A DNA stretch of 63,556 nt, filler included, from Choristocarpus tenellus KU-1152 (GCA_964200185.2; 10 parts of 10 records of this genome joined end to end with filler, not necessarily neighbours in it), one strand, 5' to 3'. Counted from the first letter of the whole stretch, positions 40,694 to 52,423 are shown. Numbers and translations: made by a program. The notes: generated from the sequence alone by a model not told the origin.

Positions 40694-41779
40694 ATCTGTG
40701 TGTCCCCCAGAAAAATAACCCCAGGACATTATGACTCAAGGCTCTCCTCTTTTTCTTATCTATCCTAGAGAGGGACATCCGGGAAGTTGTGTTGACAGAT
40801 CGACTGAATGGGGTAAGAGATACGCCAGGGAACGAGATGTGGAGCCTGATTCGAAGTGATATTTGTACTTCTAGCACGATGCAAGCCCTTCCACCAGGGC
40901 GGAGATTGAAAAAGAAAGACAGCATATGCGCCAACAAACAGATATGATTTTGGTTTGTCTTGATTAGAAGAGTGACAAGCAACATGACCCCTGTGCCAGA
41001 GGTCGACATGGGTAGAGGCAATCCGCAAGAATAAGGAAGAAATCCAAGGTCACAAAGGAAAGACTAGGAGACAAGACGTTGTGACGCAAAGCTTTCATAA
41101 GCATATGCAGTGTGCTGTAACCTTTTCTCTGCGTTTCGATTTCTTCGTAACGATCCCCTGCTCTCTTCCGCAAGCAATGGTGCATTGTCTTGGGCTAGTT
41201 GAGACTCGTCCACATCTTGCTGGCCATTGCCCTGGCGCCAAACAATGAAGAACAAGGTTGCGAATAGCCTTGAGTTATTTTCTCGAGGCTGGATAGCTGG
41301 GGCTGAGGGTTTGACGGTTCTTTCTTTCACTACTAGTGCCTTACATCTTAAGAACTGCACCGCATGATGAAAGTATCAAGGAAACAACATCACCACATCC
41401 CCTGAACTATATATCCTTCGTTGCCTTGCAGACAATGCCCAGGAAAACCACACCAATCAATCCATTGCCATAAACATACAGCTATTTAGATCACCCGTAT
41501 CTCAGGAAGCTCCATCTCCCCTGCACCTTCATCCATAGCATCCATTATAACTATTAATAATGTGGGTGTGTTTATTATCCTAGGGAGTGAACAACCTGGT
41601 GAAGGCGTTGAGAAACGAAAAGGACGTCTTCAAAGATTGTTCTATAATAAGGGGTAGTAGTTTAACTACTACAATTGTACAATAATAGGGAGTTGTTAGC
41701 GTGCTGATGCTGGAGACGACAGATGTATGCGTCTTTGAGTTCCTTCTCTAGTCCTTAAGTATAGTCTGCTCTCGAAAAA

Positions 41780-42464
41780 ATGCTGATCACCGTTTTATAC
41801 AGCGAGGTTGGTGGCAAGGGACATGATTATTGCGGCGAGATTCCAGAATGGGAATCGGCAACAAACAGCCGCAATGCATTCGAGTTCGATCATCCTGACG
41901 AGAGGAAACTTACGGTCAAGGATCTCGTGGAAGCTTTTCCACTTGGTCCTGCTTATCAGATCGATGTGCTTCAAGGAGGAATTGGAAGCGACAACTTTGT
42001 GCCAGCAACTGATCTTGCAATTACACTGCGACCTATAGATGGAGTGATCGTTTGCAGGGTGTTCAAGCTTAGGTGTACTCCAAGTTATACGTGTGGGAAA
42101 GGTGAAGGAGGGCGTTTGTCGCGTCAAGAGAGAGTTGGGAAGTGTGAATCTTCATCTAATCGGCCGCTCCCCCGTCGTCAATCCTTCCCTTCCAACCCTC
42201 AAAACGCCGAAGACCAGGAACAACGTAGTTTTGCGGGTAGTCGACAGGGACGCAGCGCAAATTCCGGGAATATTGGAGGTGATGGTGGTGGTGGGGTAGG
42301 AGTTAAAACAGCCGTTAAGGACCTAAACATTAACGCGGGCAAAGCAGTGAAGGGCCTCATGAACCTCATGGGGAATGCTGTTCAATGGACAGCCGGGCAC
42401 CTCTCGCAGGAGCTGACAGTGGGGAACTACAAGGTTCAAATGGTGAAGGAGATGGCCGAAGGAG
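41780..42464 (+). CDS. First exon of a protein with an N-terminal DIX-like domain followed by the start of a NAK-family (AAK1/BMP2K/GAK-like) protein kinase domain
   Basis: ATG in aaaaATG context; 228 codons to a G|gtgagg donor at 42465. The exon ends ELTVGNYKVQMVKEMAEG(G), the NAK subdomain-I 'VG...V....[LM]AEGG' motif. Residues ~30-97 (NAFEF...LTVKDLVEAFPLGPAY...FV...D...PIDGVIVCRVFKL) resemble DIX domains. Confidence 0.75.
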
Positions 42465-43680
42465 GTGAGGCTATAAGTGAAGAGATGGTGAGGGGAGACA
42501 AGAGGCATGATGACCGTCCGGTTACATCTTCATACGGAAGGTTTAACCCCAGGATGAGATAAACGAAATCCACCTTGTCGAGGAGGAGAGGCTGGTAGCA
42601 GTGTGTTTCTATTCAACGCTGAAAGCGGTCTGTAGTGTTTTGTCAATTACCGAGTGCTGCATGATCAGGTCCTGTTTCGTTAGACGTATTCTACTCAACA
42701 CTTCGAGCATTCTTAAATCAAATTGATTGAATTATTTGCATCACGAACCATACGTGATGGGAGTAGCAAACTTCGTAATGTACTTTGTTAATGTTGATTG
42801 GGTTTGATATGTGCATCAAGGGGTGATGTATCTCACGCGTTGCATTGTCATTTATTATTTTCAAGTAAAATTTTTAACATAGTCTTCGCTTTAAAGATTT
42901 TCGCAAGATTTGTCCAAGGATATGTGTGTGGTGAAAGAAGCTGTTGTTGGAGCCAGAGAAATTAGTGGATTCACTTCTCCACGTTCAGTAATATTGCGCA
43001 CTAAGTTGCTTTTTGTACTGATGGGCATTGACAGTGTTAGGATGATGTGTCGTTTATATTGAATGATGAACCTCTAAGGTATTCTTTGTTCGGTTTATAC
43101 CTTCCTCCTGAGAATGATCTACTGGGTCAATATATGGAACCTATTGTAAAGGCACGACTTTGGTTGATGGGGGGCCCAGGTGTATCGGGCATGAGGAGTA
43201 AGGTGTCTGTGGTGTGACTCCATAATATAAGTTTACAATAGTACTTGTGTCTGCTGTGAACCAAGAACGAGTTTGAACACCACGGTCTAGGACTTGCAGA
43301 CATCATTTTGTGCATATTTACCCTCTGTTATAAAAAAATTCCTGTTGCTGGTTTAGCGTTCTTCTGTTACAAGTATTCCTTGCAGACAAGGAAATGCCAA
43401 AAGTTCCCTTGAACTTAGAGTTAAAAATATGCTTAGAGTGTACAAGTGCTTTGGAGTTAAGAGGAGGTTGAAGTGTTTTGCAGCAAATGCATGTGCAGTA
43501 TGTGATTTCAATTGCTGTTAACTCTTCAGTTGCTATGTTGTTTGTTGATGGATTGGACGTTCTGAAACTTGCAGATTATTTGATTACCTGTATGCCACAA
43601 TGATGATTTGGTGCTCCTCAATTCCATCATTTTGAGTACAACAATATTGCCGTTCATGTCCCAAGGAAACTGGCAGCCCC

Positions 43681-43900
43681 CATTGCCATGCATCCTGTCA
43701 ACCAGTCATTTTCCAACGCCCCTTCAAATATAGAACACTCCTAATAACAAGCCCCACACTTTCAATTCATACTACAATTCATACCATATGGTGTTCACTC
43801 CAAGAGTGTATCACACCACTAGTACACCCATTGCCATGCATCCTGTCAACCAGTCATTTTCCAACGCCCCTTCAAATATAGAACACTCCTAATAACAAGC
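43681..43900 (+). repeat. Exact 72-bp direct repeat with a 148-bp period at the contig end
   Basis: CATTGCCATGCATCCTG...CTAATAACAAGC at 43681-43752 and 43829-43900. Confidence 0.9.
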
Positions 43901-44000
43901 NNNNNNNNNNNNNNNNNNNNNNNNNNNNNNNNNNNNNNNNNNNNTTAATTAATTAANNNNNNNNNNNNNNNNNNNNNNNNNNNNNNNNNNNNNNNNNNNN
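43901..44000. other. Artificial contig linker 8
   Basis: Same 100-nt structure. Confidence 0.97.
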
Positions 44001-45008
44001 GGTACTCTTAATTGATTCAATCAGTATAAAATGTATATAAAGTTTTGCATCAGTTTTAAGAGTCGCGCTATTCGCCTGTAACAGATGTTACCTTCAACAT
44101 GCAAAAACAAACGTCACATGGATATCATGATGTCCAAGATAGGTCACCTTCATAGATACTTTCTACATGATGTTCAAGATAGGTTACCTTTAGGGTATAC
44201 CTTCTGTGGAAGATGGCTCTCGCACTTTCTCTCTTTTATTAATTAGTGGACAGCTTACTGGACTACATGCTTGTTCAAAACGGTTTGTGTTACTCTAGAG
44301 TCTTCTGTGCACAACTAAAACGATTTATATCCCCCGTCATTGCCGTTCACAACCGCAGAAGGGCCATGCTGTCATCATTGTTGACTGTGGGGAAAATAGG
44401 TACAACAATAATAACTGTTCTGTCAAAATCCAAACTGGAACCGTACCGTCAACCAAAATAACAATCGTAACCGTTCTGTCCAAACAAGAACTCCAATCAT
44501 AGATTGGAACATATCATGAGGTCAACTGAGAACTACGATGGTAACTGCACTGTTGGATATGTTTTATTGTGATTGTTGATGTTTTTGTAAAACAAAAATA
44601 TACTCGAAATTGTCCTCCGTGACCGTTTCTTACTGTGGCAAAAGATAATGTAAAAAAAATACAACTACAGTGGTTATGATCTTGTCAACATATCTCACGG
44701 TTACACATACTGTTCTATACCAACGTGCGAGGAGTAAGGAAGGAACGGAGGCTGCAGTACAATCAGTCGTGGTGTAACAGGCAGTAGTTAGTACGTAATT
44801 ATGGTAGGTAGTATGGTGTGTTGTGTTTCTGACCACGGGTTGGGATCATCCCTCACTATTTTACAGCAAATACATGTAATATTTGGTTGGACAAACCTTC
44901 ACCGCCAGAAACTGACGGAATATTAGAGGTGAAAGTGCAACCTTGTGTGACCTTGATAACATGTGGAATATCTATATTTGTGGATGCTTCACAGAATATC
45001 CGCGGGGT

Positions 45009-45079
45009 GCGCCAGTAGTTCAGTGGTAGAATACGTGATTGCCATTCACGTGGCCTGGGTTCGATTCCCGGCTGGCGCA
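45009..45079 (+). tRNA. trnG-GCC: tRNA-Gly (GCC)
   Basis: Acceptor stem GCGCCAG/CTGGCGC plus A73; D arm GTTC-AGTGGTA-GAAT; anticodon arm CGTGA-TTGCCAT-TCACG; T arm CTGGG-TTCGATT-CCCGG; 71 nt; no encoded CCA. Confidence 0.95.
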
Positions 45080-45102
45080 TGGATGTTGCGGAGGTCGAGG
45101 CG

Positions 45103-45106
45103 TTTT
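45103..45106 (+). terminator. Possible Pol III terminator (T4) for tRNA-Gly
   Basis: First TTTT run, 24 nt downstream of the tRNA 3' end. Confidence 0.4.
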
Positions 45107-45399
45107 AGTGCTCTGAGTTTACACAGTACGACTTCCAATGCCAAAGTAGTTTGTTACCTACTCTGACTGCGAAATTATTTATGTCCTATTTTATTATTAT
45201 GCCCTGACATTTTGTAGATGTGTCAGGAGGGAACAAACAAATGAAAACTGTACGTATGTCAATGTCTGTCTATATAAGCCCTAAGGAAACATTGTTGTAC
45301 CTATTTTCCCATTGTCAACAATGATGACAGCATGACCCTTCCATGTTTGCTCACGGCAGGTAATAATGATAGGGGCTCAAAATCGTTTTCAGTGCATAA

Positions 45400-45880
45400 A
45401 TGTATTATTTTGCCTTACGACATTTGGTAGGTGTGTCAGGGAAAAAATCAATTCTGTATCTCAAGGACCCCTGTAAAAGTAACAGTTGTCGTAGATGTGA
45501 AAGATATCTCTCCAAAATCTATTTACCATGTTGACTACCAGCAATATGACATCACTCCCATAAAAGCTCGTAATTACAATGTGATGTGTACACTGCTGCT
45601 ATGCCTCCAACCCTAGCTTTGCCCTGCACCACAGGGCGAGAAGCTAGGGAAGCATCCCAAGAATCTGACAGGCCCCTCTGGTGTCTCCAGCCCAAAATGC
45701 ATAACACGTCTTGAGAGAGTCACTTGTGTAGGGACTATCTGTTGTAAATGGGATTTGACAGCTCCTTTCCTGCTACGACCTCCTGCCCCTCTCCCCCCTA
45801 CTATGTGTGTAGTCAACACATTCAGAAAACTTTCTGCTTGCCTACTGAGGCGCCCAAAACGTTCCACCTCGAAGGTGTGA
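45400..45880 (-). mobile_element. Short degraded copy of the RLE retrotransposon
   Basis: TFEVERFGRLSRQAESFL...GRGAGGRSRKGAVKSHLQQIV..QVTLSRRVMHF plus degraded 3' UTR. Confidence 0.8.
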
Positions 45881-46237
45881 AGAACTTTCTCGTTGTGTAC
45901 AGGAGGGTCAATCAATGTCGTACAAAATAGAAGAGTGTGGCGCGGTGGGCTGTTAACCAATCTGGAAATCCTGGATTTCCACCAAGTAAGGAATGGGAGA
46001 CCTGTGGAGGGGTACAATGCTGCACACTTACCCTGAATGGTACAATGAATTCCGCATGTACTGTCAACAGTTTCATTCTCATTCATGCCGTACCGTTTTT
46101 CGGTTTAGAACGCTAGAGCCAACCCTACATTAGTAAGTATATGCATATTTTCCTCTCTGAACAAAATAATAATTTGTATTCAACAGATTATATATTTGAT
46201 GTGTGCATCTAGGTTTCAATTATGATGTATATAGTGT

Positions 46238-47205
46238 GGGACAAGGGGCAAACGCGTGGGCCTCGACCCAACCTCTGGAATTCCAGCTCACAGTCAACAG
46301 ACCCCTAGGGAGGGAGGAGGCCCTATCCAGTGGCAGGGTGCAGGAGGCAAAATATTGATACCAGACATGCCCGTACCTGCCCCTGGGCAGGGGGACAGAT
46401 ACGACAGCACACTCCAATGGTAAAACGCCTGCACCAACTATGCAAGGGGACGGGCATCCCTTGCACTACGGAGGACAGTAGCCCTTTCACAGTGGATAGG
46501 AATCTCCCCATGGATCTGGTGTTTCACGCAGGGGCACTGACGGACGCTGGAACAGCCCCCTACTGGGACAAAGGTCTTCTGATAGACGTCACCTTCGCAG
46601 AGGTGCAGGCAACCTCCCACCTAACCCATTCATCCACCAGCAATGGTGTAGCTGCTGCTGCAGCCGAGGTGCGAAAGCGTACCCACTATGAGGACCCCTT
46701 TGATCCTCGTAGTTATAACCTCAACACCTTCGTGGTGGAAATTTTTGAGCGCCTCGGCCAGCAAGCAGAATGCTTGCTGGATGAGCTGGCTACTCACATG
46801 ATGGGGGGGAGAGGAACTGGAGGATTTAGCAGAAAAGGAGTAGTCAAATCCCGGCTACACCAAATTGTCTCAGTGACTACGCCAGTGGCACTGTCTAGAT
46901 GTGTCATGCATTTTAAGCTAGAGTTACCAGGGAGAGGGGCACGGAGGGGTTTATTGGATTCCTGGGATATCTCCCTAGCTCCTCCCCCCGGGGTGCAGGA
47001 GTAGGTAGATTGGAAGCACAGGAAGGCAGTACAATATTGATAGCGGTGAAGTAACAAATAGATCAGTGTTTCTCACACTTAAAGTGTTTTATAGTGTTTT
47101 CACATTTATGATATTTTGGGGCTATACTTGCATATGCATAGTTTTCATTTGTTTTCCCCCTGACACATCTGCAAAATGTCGGAGGGCATAATAATAAAAA
47201 AAATC
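46238..47205 (+). mobile_element. CRE-clade-like non-LTR retrotransposon 3' fragment (CCHC knuckle + restriction-like endonuclease + 3' UTR)
   Basis: GANAW...F...R.LG motif, C...H...C knuckle, then QH...E...(R/P)MD...IDVT...E..K..HY...F.VE.F..LG (RLE) in ORF 46330-47004. The 3' UTR ends GAGGGCATAATAATAAAAA. ATATAGTGT direct repeat at 46229-46237 and 47206-47214 (candidate TSD). Confidence 0.85.
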
Positions 47206-47526
47206 ATATAGTGTTTTATTGAAAATTAATTCAAACGTGAGATTAACCTTGTATGACCCTATTATTTTCAACATTACGCACACTTGACGACGTGAAGAAA
47301 AAGTCTTTAGTACAGTTAACACATTATCTCTTGAATTCAGGCTCGCTTATTGAAACCCAGAGTGACATTCCCTAGAAAAGAAAATTAAGTTCTTTGAGAC
47401 GGAAGAAAATGTTGATTTTCTCATGCATAGTGTATGTATTTCGTTGCTGGTGAGAACCTTGTTGAAATGAGACCCAGTTTAGCGCGGTGTTGTGTGTGAG
47501 AGTGGGCTCTGTTGGCATATTATTAA

Positions 47527-48392
47527 GGCTGATATAGCACACTATGTTATTATCCTACTGTACTTGCCCCACTTTGTTGTTGTGGTGACTGGAGCTTCAT
47601 AATGTTTGTGATGAAGATTCTTCTAGATGCAAATGGTGAACAAAACACTGTGTTCCTATTCTGAATAAAAACTATTGCTACGAAAATCAACACCATTGTC
47701 GTTTCTCCAATGATATAGTATCCAGGGACGAAAAGATTTGTTCCAGTCCTTAAAAACTTTTTTCGTCCTCTAAGTTAATTCTTTTTTCTATATCAAAGAT
47801 GTCAACGAGTTTAGAAATAGTTAAAAAAATACTTGGCCACAAATAAAGCAATGTGGTAGTATGTTTGTCCATAATGTACAAGGTGAACTCCAAGGGGGTA
47901 AAAAACTGAATGTGAGAATAGTGAGTGACCAAGCATTTTTTGAATTATATCTAAATTTTGAAAAGCATTCGTCGACATCTAAATATCGTGTAGCAATGAA
48001 TCTAGAGCAAAAAAAAAAGTTTTCTAAGAGCTAGAATAAATCTTTTCGTCCTTCAATGGTGATCTCTTTGGAAAGGTTATGTGCATTTTTGGTACTATTT
48101 CTAAACTCTTTAACATCTTCAATATAGAGAAAAGGATGACTTTGTTTGGTGGACGATGTTTTTAAGGACTGAAACAGATCTTTCGTCACTGAGCGCGATC
48201 TTTTTCGAAAGATGATATATATGTTGATTCTATAGTATTGATAATTTTTCGTAATAGGAGCATTATGTTTTGTTGATCGTTTGCCATCTAGAGAACTCCG
48301 ATCACATCTATTCTGATGTATCAGTCACTGCAACAGCAACAACAGAGTGGGGCAGGTACTGTAGGACAATGACATAGTCTACTATATCGGCC
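47527..48392. mobile_element. TTAA-flanked foldback element with very long TIRs (Kolobok-like, non-autonomous)
   Basis: TTAA|GGCTGATATAGcAcACTATGT... and ...ACATAGTcTaCTATATCgGCC|TTAA; inverted similarity is traceable for roughly 250-350 bp from each end. Confidence 0.8.
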
Positions 48393-48399
48393 TTAAAAT

Positions 48400-48830
48400 C
48401 AGGACTTTGCACCGGGCCGGGCAGTCAGCATGTCAATTGTTGGCACATACGACCACGGCCCTGTCTGCAGCCTGGTCATGTTGAAATGATCGATGGCCAT
48501 GGACTCGGTCATGTTCAAACTTGGTTGTACATGGCCAGTCTGCTGCCCGGCCATGTTGAAACAATCGATGGGCATGGACTTGGTCATGTTTGAACTTGGT
48601 TGTACATGGCCGGCTGGCGACTCCAGTCACGTTCAGTAAGTAGGTGATGCCCATAGACTTGACCATGTTCGAACTTGGTTGTACATGACTGCCAGGCGGC
48701 CTTGGTCATGTCGAGTAGGTGATGGCCATGGACTCGACCATGTTTGGGCTTGGTTGTACATGGCAGGTGGGTGGGTCCAGTCCTTTTGAGTAAGCGATAG
48801 CCATGGACTCGACCATGTTAGAATGTTTTA
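48400..48830 (+). repeat. Degenerate ~80-bp tandem repeat (CATGTTCGAACTTGGTTGTACATGGCC core)
   Basis: TTGGTTGTACATG recurs four times at ~80-bp spacing; a reverse-complement homologue lies at 7880-8134. Confidence 0.8.
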
Positions 48831-49607
48831 CCTATGACCGGTTAGGTAATATTGGTTTTACACTAGGACCGGCCATGTTATGGCCATGTCTCCCTAAGTT
48901 GCTCTACTTGAATCTTGTATCTAGTAGTACTACTGTAAGTACTCTGAGGACAAAACATTGCAAATATCATTTCCTATTTTACTACAACTATTAAAATTAT
49001 ACATTTAGTACAAATATATGTTGAGTGCATATGGTGATTTGTGATCCATGTGCAGCAACTTAGCCTTCAATATGTGCACATTTTTACGTAGTGGACATGG
49101 TGCGGACATGCCAGAAAAATATTGAACTGGTCGGCAGCCATGGCCCTGACATGCAAGGAAAAGGTTAGGTGGACCGATCAGCGGAGATGCACATTATCCA
49201 GTGGACATGATCCGGGCATGTCAGAGAATGTTTGACCTGGTCCTTCTGATGGACATGGACCAGGACATGTTAAATAAATGTGAGACCGGTCCTGTCAGCG
49301 GACATGGACCACTTAAGTCCCCACCACTGATAACCTATAATATGCATGAGCAAATTCCATTTCAGTTCCCTCGTTCCAGACATTAACAGCCGAAAAAAAA
49401 ACAATTTCTAGGAACTGTCGCTCTAGGTTTCAAAGAGTGACTCTGAGCTTGAAAGATCCTGTCTGTGTTAGTTCTAGAAAATTGTTTCTTGAGATAATAT
49501 CAAACATGACAATTTGACACACTCGCTGAAGATATAGCGTTTTAGAATATATGATAAATAAGTGACACATCTGCAAACTGTCAGAGGGCATAATAATAAA
49601 ATATTGT

Positions 49608-50145
49608 AGTAACTAAATAACTAACTAACTAACTAACTAACAAAATAACTAACTAACAAAATAACTAACAAAATAACTAACAAAATAACTAACAAAATAA
49701 CTAACTAACAAAATAACTAACATAACTAACAAAATAACAAAATAACTAACTAACAAAATAATTAAATAACTAAATAACTAAATAATTAAATAACTAAATA
49801 ACTAAATAATTAAATAACTAAATAATTAAATAATTAAATAACTAAATAACTAAATAACTAAATAATTAAATAATTAAATAATTAAATAATTAAATAATTA
49901 ATAAATAACAAAATAACAAAATAACAAATTAATTAATTAATTAATTAATTAATTAAATAATAAATAACTGAATAAATAATAAATAATTGAATAAATAATA
50001 AATAATAAATAATAAATAATAAATAATAAATAATAAATAATAAATAATAAAATAACAAAATAACAAAATAATTAAATAACAAAATAATTAATTAATTAAA
50101 TAATAAATAATAAATAATAAATAATAAATAAATAAATAAATAAGT
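49608..50145 (+). repeat. AT-rich compound microsatellite (AACT, AAATAACT, AATT, AAATAAT)
   Basis: Seen directly; begins just after an RLE-element tail. Confidence 0.95.
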
Positions 50146-50266
50146 AAATGAGCGTCTGAGACAGATTGTTACACGCCACTCACTAAAAAAACGTGTTCTG
50201 AATAATGGTGTATAAGTAAAACGGACGCAATGGAATCAAACTAAAGTGGAATTTTCATAGTTCCAA

Positions 50267-50525
50267 CACCAAAAGCATTTAAGAGGGTGGGCCTTGTCCG
50301 TTCGGGGTCATAAATCCAATGTTACGATTTGATGAATTTTGACTATTGTGTTCGTTACCAAGTGTCAATATCCTTACTCTGAGCATACCTTTGATAGTTG
50401 TACACATTTTTCCTACTACTCCGAAATGTTTCGAAAACTGAAAATGTGGATAAAAAACCTGTGGGAAGCCAAGCCCCGAACGGACAAACAGGGCAAAAAC
50501 AATACCCTCTTAAATACTTCGACTC
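50267..50525 (+). mobile_element. MITE family A, diverged subfamily
   Basis: AAAGCATTTAAGAGGGT...TACCCTCTTAAATACTTCGACTC with the same interior. Confidence 0.75.
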
Positions 50526-51759
50526 GAATGCACCACTAGTGAATGGTAATAAAATTGCAAGAAGTTGGAAGGGTGCAGCCTATCCGATGGATACATGAAC
50601 TATTGCGTACCTCAAAGCAGTGAACAGATCTCTGGAACAGGTGGTAGTAAGTAGTACTTTGCAAGGAAACGGACAAGGAAGGGCGCTCTTTTTAGTTACC
50701 CTTATTCTGTCTCTACCATAGCATAACACTTGCTGTTATGTGTACCTCGATCTTGATTAACAGTAGAGACTGTTTGTTGCTGTCGTGGATTTGGGAGACA
50801 TGAACCTTGGTCGCAAAAAAAGAAGTGCTCCCTGTATAGAGTGGGATCCAGCAGTTGATATTCTCGTGCTGTTTGTTTTGTTGGCGTCATTGATTTTCCT
50901 GGTCTTGGGCGTCTTTAAGTAAGAAGTAGGCGATAGGGAATGACAAAACAGTGGTACTTAACAGGTCAAGCGAAGTAGAAATTGCTCCTTAAGGTGTTTA
51001 TTCCTCAAGGCTACTGCTACTTGCAACAACTAGACAGAGGGGCTTCTAGGTTAACAAACTCACCTATTTTTGTGGTATATTCTGCTTAGATAAATCCAAC
51101 GCTAATACACATACCTCCACATCTTTAGCTCCAAAAGACTGTATAAGAGATTTTGCATCTTCCAATACCACCCTACATCTACTTACTAATACTTAGCACC
51201 CTCTAATAGAGACGCATCTTGTGCGTTCCCCAATGCAAGCTTAGTTTGGTTCTTCTCATTGCACTTAGGAATTTACCGCATTTGTATCTCCAAGTACCGT
51301 AGGTCTACCACTTTCATTCCAGTACCATCAACATTGCAATTCTTCTATATATACGTAGCACTTGGAGGAGGTAGACAAACTGTGGCTCATACATGTGGCT
51401 GCATTGAAACTCATGCAGCACATTGCAGGCCTTTGTTGAAAGGACAGTGCATTTCTTGTGCTCACCACCAAACGAGCTGGTTCCTCCTCTTCACATGGTA
51501 GATGCAATAGCAATACCTCCGTCCGATTTTGTCTTTTTTTGTCTTTCAACGAGATAAAACACGCTACGGTGAGAAGAACTCTTCAAGGGTGCCGTTCCAT
51601 TTCTTCTTTTTTGACTGACCGACTTACAGTTATATCAAGAATGATGAGGTATGGGATACATATGCACCCTAGTATCAACATTCACTTCAGCTATATAATA
51701 GCCCTTATGCCACATTGAGCTAAAAATATATGTTTGCCCTGCCACATGTATCCTCTACT

Positions 51760-52320
51760 ACCCTGAGTAGCCAGCTCATTCGCCTACTACGCCATTTTGG
51801 ACTTTGGGCTTCTGTGAGCGTTAAGTGCATCACGTTTTCGCTATCCCACGAGTGTGCAGTGGATTGTCAAATATTGAGAAACCATTAATCCATCCCAGCA
51901 TTTGACAAATTGTGGAATAGAATCCAGGCTGGGCCCCTTTCCTCACTCCCTATAGTGGGAGATTATAGATAGAGTGAGAGAGGGGTCTAGGAATGGACTT
52001 CAGGTAAAAGCGTAGATTGAGATTACTGTTTGTGAAAAGCGCTTAATTGGTGGAGTGATGGGCCACGGATTATATTTGGTTACCTCCTCAGCCTCTGTGT
52101 TGATCAAAGATGGAGATACCAATGTTCCGCTGGGGCAGATAGTCGCGCAACTGTCTGCCCTGATGAATAGTTGTATCTCCTTCTTTGACAAAATCAAGTT
52201 GACAGTAGTGGCGGATACCACCGCGCATGTTATACCTCTGACTGAACTCCGGAGTACTACTATATGGATGTAGGATCCCAAATATTAAGTTCATTCTATA
52301 CTCCAGTATTTTCACGACTC
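51760..52320 (-). pseudogene. Possible decayed RNase H domain of a retroelement
   Basis: GITCAVVSA...LFIRADSCATI and AH...ANELATQG resemble RNase H motifs in the right order; heavily degraded. Confidence 0.3.
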
Positions 52321-52423
52321 TCTGCCTTGAAGGAAAAGTGGAACCTCCATGTTTGACAAAATAAAGTTCACTTTTGGGTGGTTCACCGGGAACAACGCAT
52401 GTATATATTTACATATGCGTAGA

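Noticed and set aside
45009-45079. tRNA-derived SINE head
   Set aside because: The cloverleaf is fully paired and canonical with a downstream T4, and the adjacent retroelement 3' UTR is on the opposite strand
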